Source: Bacteroidales bacterium (lineage in GTDB: Bacteria; Bacteroidota; Bacteroidia; Bacteroidales; UBA10428). Taken from it: DNA of 64,000 nucleotides. Positions 10,520-20,043 of the stretch are shown one piece after another. The notes beneath the pieces were generated by a model, which had not been told where the DNA came from, did not search any database, and saw only the letters and a list, made by a program, of their open reading frames with translations. A program made the translations under genes and the position numbers. The stretch is from contig JAMIIA010000116.1 in the NCBI GenBank assembly GCA_035913795.1, positions 1,095 to 65,094 of the forward strand, written 5' to 3'. Position 1 is the first letter of the stretch; every line of letters begins with the position of its first letter.

Positions 10520-10639
10520 ATTCCCTTAGTTTATAGCAACAATTTAACACAATTTCCGGGTTTATGTTTATCAAATCATTAACACCTGGCATGAAAACTT
10601 ATTTTCGCCAAGCCTGTTTAGGAAACATAATCATTAAGT

Positions 10640-11125
10640 ATGAAACAGCTTTTCGCTCTCTTTATTCTAAACACCTTGCTTTTAACACCTCTTAAGAGTC
10701 AGCAGATAACTACTTTGAATTTCGAAGAGTTGGAACCATACCTGCAACGCCAATCCGATTCACTTTATATGATTCACTTTTGGGCCACATGGTGTGTTCC
10801 ATGCATAAAAGAAATGCCGGCTATTCAGCAGATAGCAAATGTCTATTCGAACTCGAAATTAAATATTTTATTGGTGAGTCTGGACATGCCCGGACAGATC
10901 GAAGCAAGGCTTTTGCCCTTTATCGAAAAGAACCAACTCACTCCGAAAGTTGTATTGTTGAATGATCCTGATTTTAACGCATGGATTGACAAAGTGAGTA
11001 CTGAATGGGGAGGTGGAATTCCGGCTACCCTCATTTATTCTCCAAAACACCGCGACTTTTATGAAAGAAGTTTCGAATATGAACAACTTAACCAATTAAT
11101 AAACACTAAACTAAACGAATTATGA
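10640..11125 (+). CDS. TlpA/ResA-like thiol:disulfide oxidoreductase (secreted, thioredoxin fold)
   Basis: 161-aa ORF with a signal peptide and the 'FWATWCVPC' CxxC motif. Confidence 0.8.
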   Translation: MKQLFALFILNTLLLTPLKSQQITTLNFEELEPYLQRQSDSLYMIHFWATWCVPCIKEMPAIQQIANVYSNSKLNILLVSLDMPGQIEARLLPFIEKNQLTPKVVLLNDPDFNAWIDKVSTEWGGGIPATLIYSPKHRDFYERSFEYEQLNQLINTKLNEL

Positions 11126-11721
11126 AACTAGTTTCAACTTTTCTTTTAATACTTATTAGCATGTCGATGCATGCTCAGGAAGGTTATAAAGTAGGCGACA
11201 TTGCCGCCGATTTTAAATTAAAAAATGTAGATGGAAAAATGGTGAGCCTGGCAGATTATGAAACAGCAAGCGGTTTTGTTATAATTTTTACCTGTAACCA
11301 TTGCCCCTATTCAATTGCTTACGAAGACCGAATTATTGCTATCGACATAAAGTATAAAGAACTTGGTTACCCGGTTATTGCTATTAATCCGAATGATACC
11401 AGCATTGTCCCAGGAGATTCGTTTGAAGGTATGGTAGTGAGAGCGAAAGAGAAGGGATTTACCTTTCCTTATTTGAGAGATGAAACCCAGGAAACAGCCA
11501 ATGCCTATGGTGCCCAGCGCACACCGCATGTATATGTTGTGATAAAAGACAACGAAAAGTTAATTGTAGAATACATTGGTGCCATAGACGATAATTACCA
11601 GGATGCCGGAGCAGTAACAAAAAATTATTTAACCGATGCTTTGGATGCCTTAATTAAAGGCGAAAAGCCCACTATCGATTTTACCAAAGCCATTGGTTGC
11701 ACAGTTAAAAGAAAGATGTAA
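11122..11721 (+). CDS. Thioredoxin-fold (redoxin/AhpC-TSA-like) protein
   Basis: 199-aa ORF with a signal peptide and 'FTCNHCPY'. ATGA overlap with the upstream gene. Confidence 0.7.
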   Translation: MKLVSTFLLILISMSMHAQEGYKVGDIAADFKLKNVDGKMVSLADYETASGFVIIFTCNHCPYSIAYEDRIIAIDIKYKELGYPVIAINPNDTSIVPGDSFEGMVVRAKEKGFTFPYLRDETQETANAYGAQRTPHVYVVIKDNEKLIVEYIGAIDDNYQDAGAVTKNYLTDALDALIKGEKPTIDFTKAIGCTVKRKM

Positions 11722-11738
11722 TTGCTGCGGTGAAAAAA

Positions 11739-11770
11739 GCCGAATCATACTTTCAGATTTGGCGTTTTCT
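11739..11770 (+). terminator. Candidate intrinsic terminator
   Basis: An 8-bp stem (gccgaatc / gatttggc, one G-U pair) with a 9-nt loop, followed by gttttct, 18 nt after the stop codon. Confidence 0.4.
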
Positions 11771-12189
11771 ATTGGTCAGGAAAATGAGTGATTTTCTGCT
11801 TGTAAACCATTTTAATAATGACATTCTAAAATTAAGATATTCTCAGAGAGTCTTTAGAGCTCTCTAAAAGCCCAAAACGGAAGCGTTTTTAAATGAATAA
11901 GTTTAAAGCAATGGGGTTATCTCATCTCATTTCGCCCGAAATATGAAAAAAACCTTTATTGCTTCCTTGTTGAACATACTAAAATCGAGTATAATCATAA
12001 TTTGGGATAGTCCCAACCCTCCTCTAAAGTCTAATTTTTATCTATATTTACAGCTTGTTTGCAGAATTAAAAAGTCGCTTATTCTAAACAACTTTACAAG
12101 GAACTATTTAGCACTTTATTATGGAACAATTGTCGGAATTCTATGGAATTTACTTGCTTTCCAATCTGACTGATAAGATTACTTAAACG

Positions 12190-14553
12190 ATGGATAATAT
12201 ATTATCAATACTTATTGGTTTAATCTTTCTAGCAGGCCTTTTTACTCCAATGTTGCATCGTATTTTTGAGAAAAAAACCGGCATTTATTTATCGGTTTTT
12301 CCATTATTAATATTCGTTGCGCTCTTTATAGAGCTATTGCAATTGGCTCCGCGAGAGAGTAAGCTGATTGAAACATCCATGGGCTTTCTGCCAGGGATGG
12401 AGTTTGCTTTCCGACTGGATGGCTTAAGTATCATATTTGGCTTGTTAATAAGCGGTATCGGATTCTTAATTTTACTGCATGCCGCGCATTATATGGCTAA
12501 ATACGATCGTCAGCCAAATTTCTACATGTATTTGATGTTCTTTATGGGCGCAATGATTGGAATGGTTTTATCAGATAACCTGATAATATTTTTTGTTTTT
12601 TGGGAGATTACCAGTGTGGCTTCTTTTTTTCTCATCGCATTCGACCATCATGCCGAGAAATCAAGACAAGCTGCATTGCAAGCTCTATTAATTACCGGTT
12701 TTGGAGGGTTATGCCTACTCTTTGCAATTATTCTTATCGGAAATATTACCGGAACATATGTAATAAGCGAGCTGCTGCAACAGGGCGTTCATCTGGGCAA
12801 ACACCCACATTATTATCTGATACTAACGCTTACAATTCTTGCAGCCATTACTAAATCGGCTCAGTTTCCCTTTCACTTCTGGTTACCCGGTGCCATGAAG
12901 GCTCCTACGCCGGTTAGTGCATACCTGCACAGTGCCACCATGGTCAATGCAGGTATTTTTTTGCTAATGCGTATTTATCCGATTATGGGAGGTACCATGA
13001 TGTGGAAATACTCATTGATGATTACAGGGGGTATTACCATGTTCCTGGGTGCTTTCTTTTCAATGGGGCAAAGAGATTTTAAGCGTATTCTGGCGTTTAC
13101 AACCATCAGTGCTTTAGGCACGATGACTCTGCTTATTGGCATTGACACACCTGACTCATTAAAAGCGGCATTGATATTTTTTATTGTTCATGGGCTCTAT
13201 AAGGGTGGGCTCTTTATGATTGCCGGAATTATTGATAAAAGTACAGGCACGCGCGATATATATGATCTCCATGGACTTTATAAAAATCTTCCGATAACAA
13301 CAATAATGGCTTTTTTAGCATTGATTTCCATGGCCGGACTTCCGCCAATGCTAGGCTTTATTGGCAAGGAACTCATTTACGAAGCTAAAATGCAATTGCC
13401 CGATGTTTCTTGGCTATTGCTACCATTGGGTGTAGGCGCTAATATTTTAATGGTGGCTATTTCTATAACCGTTTTTTATGAGCTATTTATCCCAGACCGA
13501 AATAAGCAACCCATACAATTTAATTACATTGAAAAAGATTTGCCCCTAAAATTTATACTAGGACCAATTGTTTTATCATTGGCTGGACTTGTTTTAGGCC
13601 TTAGTCCAAAGATTCTTGAGATACCTATCGATAATGGACTTTTTTTTATGGGTAACCAAAATGCCAAAATATCCTTATCACTCTGGCATGGATTTAATGA
13701 TGTGCTATACTTAAGTATTTTTACGGTACTCTCTGGTATTTTTATTTTTTATATTCGGCGGCCTGTTACCAGGTTAATAGGACAATTAATTACCTGGTTT
13801 AACCTTTATCATCTGCCCACTTTATTTACAAATCTTATAAATAAATACCTAAAAACAGCAGCCCAGAACACCAACCTGCTGCAACATGGTTATCACAGAT
13901 TTTACCTTTTAACTTTTTTCCTCGTTGTCATGGCCCTAATGGGTATCCAAATTTTTCGTATTACTGACATCAATTTACCTGAGCTACCCCACAGTCCGGT
14001 CAAGATCCATGTAGCACTTTTACTTGTTGTTACAGCCTTTTCTGTAATATTTGCAGTTTTTGCCAAATCGCGCCTCTCGGCAATCTTGGCTATGGGCATG
14101 GTAGGTTATGGAATTGGCATGCTCTATCTCTATTATGGAGCTATTGATCTTGCCATTACACAGTTTTTATCTGAAACATTAGTTATGGTGCTTTTTGTTA
14201 TGGTAATCTATTATTTACCCGAATTCGCGATATTATCAAGCAAAAAATCGCGTTTACGCGATGGAATAATATCGATTGGGGTAGGTGTTTTTATAACCGC
14301 AATTGTGCTTAAAGCTAAATTCATCAATCTGCAAACACCCATATCGGAGTTTTTTGCTGCCAACTCATACACCGAAGCGCATGGCCGTAACATTGTAAAC
14401 GTAATACTGGTCGATTTTAGAGCTTTAGACACCATGGGAGAGCTTACGGTACTAACATTGGCTGCTGCTGGTGTTTATTCCCTTTTTAGGTTTCAGATTA
14501 AAACATTAAAAAAGAAAAAGAAAAAGAATGAAACAAACCTACCAACAGAGTAA
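12190..14553 (+). CDS. mrpA: Na+/H+ (cation:proton) antiporter subunit A
   Basis: 787-aa polytopic ORF with NuoL/MrpA-like 'FHFWLPGAMKAPTPVSAYLHSATMVNAG'. First gene of a seven-gene Mrp layout. Confidence 0.9.
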   Translation: MDNILSILIGLIFLAGLFTPMLHRIFEKKTGIYLSVFPLLIFVALFIELLQLAPRESKLIETSMGFLPGMEFAFRLDGLSIIFGLLISGIGFLILLHAAHYMAKYDRQPNFYMYLMFFMGAMIGMVLSDNLIIFFVFWEITSVASFFLIAFDHHAEKSRQAALQALLITGFGGLCLLFAIILIGNITGTYVISELLQQGVHLGKHPHYYLILTLTILAAITKSAQFPFHFWLPGAMKAPTPVSAYLHSATMVNAGIFLLMRIYPIMGGTMMWKYSLMITGGITMFLGAFFSMGQRDFKRILAFTTISALGTMTLLIGIDTPDSLKAALIFFIVHGLYKGGLFMIAGIIDKSTGTRDIYDLHGLYKNLPITTIMAFLALISMAGLPPMLGFIGKELIYEAKMQLPDVSWLLLPLGVGANILMVAISITVFYELFIPDRNKQPIQFNYIEKDLPLKFILGPIVLSLAGLVLGLSPKILEIPIDNGLFFMGNQNAKISLSLWHGFNDVLYLSIFTVLSGIFIFYIRRPVTRLIGQLITWFNLYHLPTLFTNLINKYLKTAAQNTNLLQHGYHRFYLLTFFLVVMALMGIQIFRITDINLPELPHSPVKIHVALLLVVTAFSVIFAVFAKSRLSAILAMGMVGYGIGMLYLYYGAIDLAITQFLSETLVMVLFVMVIYYLPEFAILSSKKSRLRDGIISIGVGVFITAIVLKAKFINLQTPISEFFAANSYTEAHGRNIVNVILVDFRALDTMGELTVLTLAAAGVYSLFRFQIKTLKKKKKKNETNLPTE

Positions 14554-14614
14554 AATATATAAAAACCTCATGAGATGTCAAGTGAAAGCATGTTGGCAAT
14601 AAAAAATCAGGTAC

Positions 14615-15043
14615 ATGAACAATATCATTCTTGAAAAAATATCCCACCTCTTTTTAAGGGTCATTGCAATAATCTCAATCATACTTTTATTAAGGGGGCA
14701 TAACCATCCGGGAGGTGGTTTTATTGGCGGAATTCTTCTGGCAACAGGCTTTATTTACTACGGAATTGTTTTTGGCTCGAAACGCATACAAGCAATCATT
14801 TATTTCAACACACGCATTTGGATGGGAATAGGACTTTGCCTGGTGCTGATAGCAGCTATTATTCCTGTTTTTGGTGGACATGCCCCTCTAACCGGATTAT
14901 GGTATATAAGCGAATGGCCTATTATTGGATCGCTGCATTTAGGCACCCCACTCATATTCGATACTGGAGTTTTTATAGGAGTTACCGGGCTTATTTTATC
15001 TATCATTATAACCATTATGGAGGTACTTAAATGGAATACATAA
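14615..15043 (+). CDS. mrpB: Na+/H+ antiporter subunit B
   Basis: 142-aa membrane ORF with 'GHNHPGGGFIGG', typical of MnhB. Confidence 0.85.
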   Translation: MNNIILEKISHLFLRVIAIISIILLLRGHNHPGGGFIGGILLATGFIYYGIVFGSKRIQAIIYFNTRIWMGIGLCLVLIAAIIPVFGGHAPLTGLWYISEWPIIGSLHLGTPLIFDTGVFIGVTGLILSIIITIMEVLKWNT

Positions 15044-15384
15044 TTGCAATTTTTATCGGTTTACTTTACGCATGCGGCGTATATCTTATTCTGCGCAGAA
15101 GCATCGTAAAAGTTATTTTGGGTATATTTCTGCTTAGCAATGCTACTAATCTCATAATATTTTTGGCAGCAGGCATTAAACGTGGCGGCATTCCATTTAT
15201 TTCCGAAGGTGCGGAGAATGTTGATCCGACCACCATTTCAGATCCCTTACCCCAGGCACTTATACTAACTGCAATCGTTATTAACCTGGGCATGTCGGCT
15301 TACATTCTGGCTCTTAAATACCGTTACTTTGATGTGACAGGTACGCATGATTTAGATCAACTCAAAAACACTGAACAGCGATGA
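15031..15384 (+). CDS. mrpC: Na+/H+ antiporter subunit C (NuoK-like)
   Basis: 117-aa ORF with three TM helices and 'DPLPQALILTAIVI'. Confidence 0.85.
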   Translation: MEYIIAIFIGLLYACGVYLILRRSIVKVILGIFLLSNATNLIIFLAAGIKRGGIPFISEGAENVDPTTISDPLPQALILTAIVINLGMSAYILALKYRYFDVTGTHDLDQLKNTEQR

Positions 15385-16871
15385 TTTTGTTCGCATTGAT
15401 ATTGATACCTTTCTGCTATTTAATGCTAGGCCTGATGATTAAAAAATCAAGCATTAAAAAACTATTGGCCCTAATATTTGCTGCTTTAAACCTTATTTGG
15501 TCGGTTGCATTGTTGCCCATTGTGCAATTACGTGAAATCATTCTGGTTAATATGGGATCATGGGCAGCTCCCTTTGGTATTTCTCTGGTGGCAGACCGTT
15601 TTAGTGTACTTATGCTGGTAGTCTCAGCATTTGTCTTTTTTCTTATAACCATCTATTCGACTCAGTCTGTTGATAAGGCAAGACGAAAAAACGGGCATTT
15701 CTTCTTCTCATTCGGCATTTTAATGGGCGTAAATGGCAGTTTCTTAGCTGGCGACTTATTTAATCTTTATGTTTGGTTTGAAGTGATGCTTATGTCCTCC
15801 TTTATTCTTGTGAGCCTGGGAGGCGAGCGCCAACAGTTAGAGGGTTCGATCAAATACCTGATACTAAATCTTATTTCATCCTTGTTTTTTGTAGCTGGCA
15901 TTGGCCTTCTGTATGGCAAATTGGGGTCGCTTAATCTGGCAGATTTATCCCAAAAGATGGCTTTAGCAAAAGATAATCTTGCCATTTTGAATCCGGCGCT
16001 AATTCTCATCTTTGTCGGATTTTCAATAAAAGGCGCTCTTTTCCCATTCTTTTTCTGGCTACCGGCATCGTACCATACGCCTCCTCCGGCTGTAACGGCT
16101 CTTTTTGCTGGTTTGCTTACCAAAGTAGGTATATATTCTCTTATCCGGTTCTATACACTTTTTCTTTATTACGACCACGGATTCTGGAACCAGGTAATTT
16201 TATGGATGGGGGGTCTTTCAATGGTTATAGGAGTTATAGCAGCATCATCACAATACGATTTTCGGAAAATATTATCCTTTCATATCATTAGTCAGGTAGG
16301 TTATGTCGTAGTTGCACTTAGCTTTTTCACCATAGCAGGACTAACAGCTGCCATTTTCTTTTTGGTGCATAATATGCTTGCCAAAACCAATGCTTTTATG
16401 GTTGCCGGCTGGGTTCACCGCGAACGAGGAACTTTGAACCTTAAATTATTGGGAGACATGTTTACTAAAAAACCTGTATGGGGTATTTTGTTCTTTATCT
16501 CCGCTTTCAGCCTTGCAGGCTTGCCTCCATTAAGCGGATTTTTTGGAAAATTCCTGGTACTCAAGGCCGGTATCGAAGCCAACCAGATTTTTATAACATT
16601 AGTAGCCTTGTTTGTAGGCTTCTTCACACTCTTTTCGATGGTAAAAATTTGGATAGAGGTATTCTGGAAAAAAACACCTGAGAATATTGTCTTACCGTTA
16701 ACTGTTGATCTAAAACCGGCTAACTGGATGCTATTTTCATCTGTTGTCATGGGAATAGCCATTGTAGCAATGGGTTTATGGGCTGCTCCAATAGTTGAAT
16801 ACTGCCAACTGGCAGCAGAAGATCTTTTAACTCCTTCTAAATACATTAAATATGTTTTGGGATACAATTAA
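15381..16871 (+). CDS. mrpD: Na+/H+ antiporter subunit D (NuoN/M-like)
   Basis: 496-aa ORF with 'FFFWLPASYHTPPPAVTALFAGLLTKVG'. Confidence 0.9.
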   Translation: MILFALILIPFCYLMLGLMIKKSSIKKLLALIFAALNLIWSVALLPIVQLREIILVNMGSWAAPFGISLVADRFSVLMLVVSAFVFFLITIYSTQSVDKARRKNGHFFFSFGILMGVNGSFLAGDLFNLYVWFEVMLMSSFILVSLGGERQQLEGSIKYLILNLISSLFFVAGIGLLYGKLGSLNLADLSQKMALAKDNLAILNPALILIFVGFSIKGALFPFFFWLPASYHTPPPAVTALFAGLLTKVGIYSLIRFYTLFLYYDHGFWNQVILWMGGLSMVIGVIAASSQYDFRKILSFHIISQVGYVVVALSFFTIAGLTAAIFFLVHNMLAKTNAFMVAGWVHRERGTLNLKLLGDMFTKKPVWGILFFISAFSLAGLPPLSGFFGKFLVLKAGIEANQIFITLVALFVGFFTLFSMVKIWIEVFWKKTPENIVLPLTVDLKPANWMLFSSVVMGIAIVAMGLWAAPIVEYCQLAAEDLLTPSKYIKYVLGYN

Positions 16872-17214
16872 AATGATATTTACCTTAAAGGCTATTAAAA
16901 GTCTTTATTACCTCGTGTTGCTCTTTTTTTATTTTTGTTATAACATTATAGAGTCGGGATGGGTAGTAGCATTGCTCATATTAAAGGGTTCAAGAGGTGA
17001 GAATGGCGGCATGCTAAACTACACAACCAGGGTGCATAAATCATGGCAATTGGTTATTCTCTTCAATATGTTGAGTATGACACCGGGATCGTTATCCGTG
17101 GATCTTCTCGAGGATGGGCGCATCATACAAGTCCACCTGTTAAGTATCGCTGATAAAGATCAGTTTTTGGCTGTAACAGCTAAAATTGAATCGCTACTGA
17201 TTAAAGCTATTTAG
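16852..17214 (+). CDS. mrpE: Na+/H+ antiporter subunit E
   Basis: 120-aa ORF with 'LSMTPGSLSVDL' (the MnhE 'TLTPGT' region). An alternative ATG at 16873, just after the mrpD stop, is equally plausible. Confidence 0.7.
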   Translation: MFWDTIKMIFTLKAIKSLYYLVLLFFYFCYNIIESGWVVALLILKGSRGENGGMLNYTTRVHKSWQLVILFNMLSMTPGSLSVDLLEDGRIIQVHLLSIADKDQFLAVTAKIESLLIKAI

Positions 17215-17215
17215 C

Positions 17216-17503
17216 ATGATGGATTCTTCTACATTTCTTCAATTTGCAGCTATCGCAGCCCTATGGATATTGACTATCAGCCTTGCTTTTCCGATATGGC
17301 GTCTATTCAAAGGACCTTCATTACCCGACCGGGTTGTGGCACTCGATCAAATTGCGGTAATTATAGTGGGCATGATCATTTGCGACATCATCTACTCTAA
17401 AAATGAAATAGAACTAGATGTAGTGCTTATTGTTTCGTTTCTGTTAGCTATAGGTTCGATGATAATTGCCCGTTTTATCTATAAACAAAACAAAGAAAAA
17501 TGA
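17216..17503 (+). CDS. mrpF: Na+/H+ antiporter subunit F
   Basis: 95-aa ORF with three TM helices and 'GPSLPDRVVALD'. Confidence 0.8.
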   Translation: MMDSSTFLQFAAIAALWILTISLAFPIWRLFKGPSLPDRVVALDQIAVIIVGMIICDIIYSKNEIELDVVLIVSFLLAIGSMIIARFIYKQNKEK

Positions 17504-17805
17504 TTGAGTATATTGTTGGAACACTCATAATAATCAGTGCATTAATTGTGCTCATTGCATCTGTTGGAATTGTAAGATTTAATGACCTCTATGCGCGCAT
17601 GCATGTGGTAACCAAGGTATCGTCGTTTGGACTCTTTTTGTTTCTTATTGCGCTCAACTTGCTATTCATGAAAATTGGGATTGTAATAAAATCAATTATA
17701 ATTTTTCATGTTGTGATTTTTTTATCCCCCATTTCAGCTTATGTTACCGCTAAGGTAGCTCTATGGTTAGAAGAAAATCCCCTTCCAAAAAATAAGGAAG
17801 GATAA
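17500..17805 (+). CDS. mrpG: Na+/H+ antiporter subunit G
   Basis: 101-aa ORF with 'VRFNDLYARMH' (the MnhG 'RFPD.Y.R.H' motif). ATGA overlap with mrpF. Confidence 0.8.
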   Translation: MIEYIVGTLIIISALIVLIASVGIVRFNDLYARMHVVTKVSSFGLFLFLIALNLLFMKIGIVIKSIIIFHVVIFLSPISAYVTAKVALWLEENPLPKNKEG

Positions 17806-17932
17806 AATCAAAATTGATTCACAATTCATTGTTGAATGCACAGTGCAGTAATGGTTTATATCGCTTTCAGAATTGTATGTTTCATGATCAATGAAAATTC
17901 AGGCAAGAGGGGTTCTTGTATTATGGCTTTTA

Positions 17933-17976
17933 AATCGAAAAGGGTTTCAATTTATACTTTGAAACCCTTTTCGATT
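17933..17976. terminator. Bidirectional intrinsic terminator between convergent mrpG and the T9SS cargo gene
   Basis: Perfect 18-bp inverted repeat aatcgaaaagggtttcaa / ttgaaacccttttcgatt with an 8-nt loop. Confidence 0.7.
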
Positions 17977-18038
17977 AAGAATTTGAATTAGTTTTTGCCT
18001 ATATATTCGACTAAAATAAATTCTTTCAATATTTTAAA

Positions 18039-19043
18039 TTAACGTTTATAAACCATTTTAGTCAGGTTGGTTTGTTCACCGGAAAAACGAACGATATAAA
18101 CCCCGCTAACAAAATTTTGCATATCGATGGTGAGGTTGCCTAAATTGCTCAGATGTACCTTAGAATATAGCACACGCCCATTCAGGTCAACCAATTGAAT
18201 AGTCATAATCTCTGCATTACCTTCAGAAAATTCTATTGTCAATTCTTTTTCAACACTGTTTGGGTAAAGCCTAACCCTATCTGAAAGTGCATTATCAATA
18301 GAAATTGGCCCTGAGCTAGCCTTTAAAATCAGTGTAGCAAATACATCGGCATTTTGCCAGGCTCTGTTTTGATCGGCAGAGGATACATTATGCAGGCCAA
18401 TAAAATTTTCGCGGCCATTAGTCTCATCGTTGTCGCAATAGGCCATAGTTAAGCCCATTTCCTTATCGGCTGTAAGGCTTACAGGAGTATTGCTTCCCGA
18501 CTCACTGTATGTATCGTTAAAAATCTTTACAGCCATCTCCCAGTAATGGGTGTTACCACTGGAGCGAATAAAAGTTTCAACATGGCTGTTATACAACATC
18601 GGACTTCCCGATAAATTTAAATCAACAACATCATAGAACTTGCTTACATGGTAGGCAAACGCATTGTAGTTATTCTGATGATTGCCCCCAGATTTATCTT
18701 CATCGACAAAAACCTCCAGGCAATCGTCTTCCCAATACTGATCGGTAGGATTTGTGTGATCGTCTGAAAAAATATTGTCGGTTATTTCAGCGAAAACCAA
18801 TAACCTGTTGGCAGTCCACGCAAACTTTACCCTTCCTGCGAAATCCGAAGCAGATATTGTGGTACCATAGGGGAGCCATATATATTGCAAATTGTACCAG
18901 TTTGCTTCAGCCCAGCATGCCTCATCGCTCACACCATCGACGATATAATTATCGGCTTCCACAGCTTCAAAAGAGTCGGGATATACAGCAAAAAGAGGCA
19001 AACTAATTATGCATGACATGATAAGAGTAAACGTTTTATTCAT
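18039..19043 (-). CDS. Secreted CBM9-like sugar-binding protein with a T9SS C-terminal sorting domain
   Basis: 334-aa ORF with a signal peptide and a 'DGVSDEACWAEANW' CBM9-like start. The C-terminus 'LYPNSVEKELTIEF...GVYIVRF' matches the Por secretion tail. Confidence 0.7.
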   Translation of the reverse strand: MNKTFTLIMSCIISLPLFAVYPDSFEAVEADNYIVDGVSDEACWAEANWYNLQYIWLPYGTTISASDFAGRVKFAWTANRLLVFAEITDNIFSDDHTNPTDQYWEDDCLEVFVDEDKSGGNHQNNYNAFAYHVSKFYDVVDLNLSGSPMLYNSHVETFIRSSGNTHYWEMAVKIFNDTYSESGSNTPVSLTADKEMGLTMAYCDNDETNGRENFIGLHNVSSADQNRAWQNADVFATLILKASSGPISIDNALSDRVRLYPNSVEKELTIEFSEGNAEIMTIQLVDLNGRVLYSKVHLSNLGNLTIDMQNFVSGVYIVRFSGEQTNLTKMVYKR

Positions 19044-19107
19044 GAATCTGGGTTTTGGTATTATTTATACAACTGAAAAGGCATCTTGTAACTGGTTTTT
19101 GCCTTTT

Positions 19108-19863
19108 TTATTTTTCTGCCGTAAAAATACTTTTAATTATCGACTTAAATTCTTGTGATGCAATAGTAATTGGAAGTTTTTCTGCACGACCAAATTCAAG
19201 CCACAAACCATCGGAATGATCAAACAAGTTTATTTTCTCCTTTTCTGCCAACCGCAGGTAAAGATCGACAATAGAAAATGCGCCCTCTTCAATCATAAGA
19301 GAAAAGATTCTGGTGTTGAGTAAGTGGATTCCACTAAATCCGAAAGCTTCGTCCGCCATACGTCCAGGCACTTTTTTCTGCTCACCACTTTGATTGTTTC
19401 TCCAGCCAGCCAAATATTTCTGCCGATCGAATAAAAGACTGCGGCTGGTTTCTCTCTTTTGTACCGCCAGGGTTGCCAGTACTTCGTTGCTCTTGTGCTG
19501 GGCAATCATGGCGGTCAGGTTCAGGTCGGTGAGAACATCTACTGCCATCAGCACAATATCCTGCTCACCTTCAAAAAAGGGCGCTGCTTTTTTAAGTCCT
19601 CCACCGGTATCGAGTAGCAGATTGCTTTCGTCGGAAATAGCTATTTTATAACCTTGTCTGTTTTTCGATTGGGCATAATCAATGAGTTGCTGGGCAAAAT
19701 GATGCACATTGATGACTATATCGTCTACACCATGTTTATGTAAAAAACCGATAGCAATATCCATCATCGAATATTCGCCCAGACTTACCAGGGCTTTTGG
19801 CGTGTGGTCGGTTAAGGGACGGAGCCTGGTGCCTGTTCCTGCAGCCAATATCATAGCTTTCAT
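19108..19863 (-). CDS. Sugar-phosphate nucleotidyltransferase, MurU-like (MurNAc-1-P uridylyltransferase candidate)
   Basis: 251-aa ORF with 'MKAMILAAGTGTRLRPLTDHTPKALV' and 'DTGGGL', which resemble Pseudomonas MurU as I recall it. Confidence 0.8.
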   Translation of the reverse strand: MKAMILAAGTGTRLRPLTDHTPKALVSLGEYSMMDIAIGFLHKHGVDDIVINVHHFAQQLIDYAQSKNRQGYKIAISDESNLLLDTGGGLKKAAPFFEGEQDIVLMAVDVLTDLNLTAMIAQHKSNEVLATLAVQKRETSRSLLFDRQKYLAGWRNNQSGEQKKVPGRMADEAFGFSGIHLLNTRIFSLMIEEGAFSIVDLYLRLAEKEKINLFDHSDGLWLEFGRAEKLPITIASQEFKSIIKSIFTAEK

Positions 19864-19920
19864 TGAATACGCATAGTTTTATTGTAATTGGATAAAATGA
19901 ACCTGTGAAAGTGATTTCAA

Positions 19921-20043
19921 CTATCTTTTCTCAGGTTTACACAGATACTTTTTAGCAGTGGCAGTCGATTTGCATTTCGTACACTCAAATTTTCCCTCCT
20001 TTTTCAACATAGCCTTTTTCTTCTCAGGATCTTTTTTACACAT
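19921..20043 (-). CDS. Candidate 40-aa Lys-rich Cys4 small protein (not in the ORF track)
   Basis: My own translation gives MCKKDPEKKKAMLKKEGKFECTKCKSTATAKKYLCKPEKR*. The ATG at 20041-20043 overlaps the upstream gene's stop (20036-20038) by 8 nt, and the ORF lies 57 nt upstream of the MurU-like gene. Confidence 0.4.
   Translation of the reverse strand: MCKKDPEKKKAMLKKEGKFECTKCKSTATAKKYLCKPEKR

Noticed and set aside
11943-12173. 76-aa ORF in the mrp leader
   Set aside because: It is AT-rich and Ile/Leu/Asn/Lys-dominated, with no signal peptide, TM helix or motif, so it is likely a chance ORF. The leader as a whole is reported as a low-interest finding instead.
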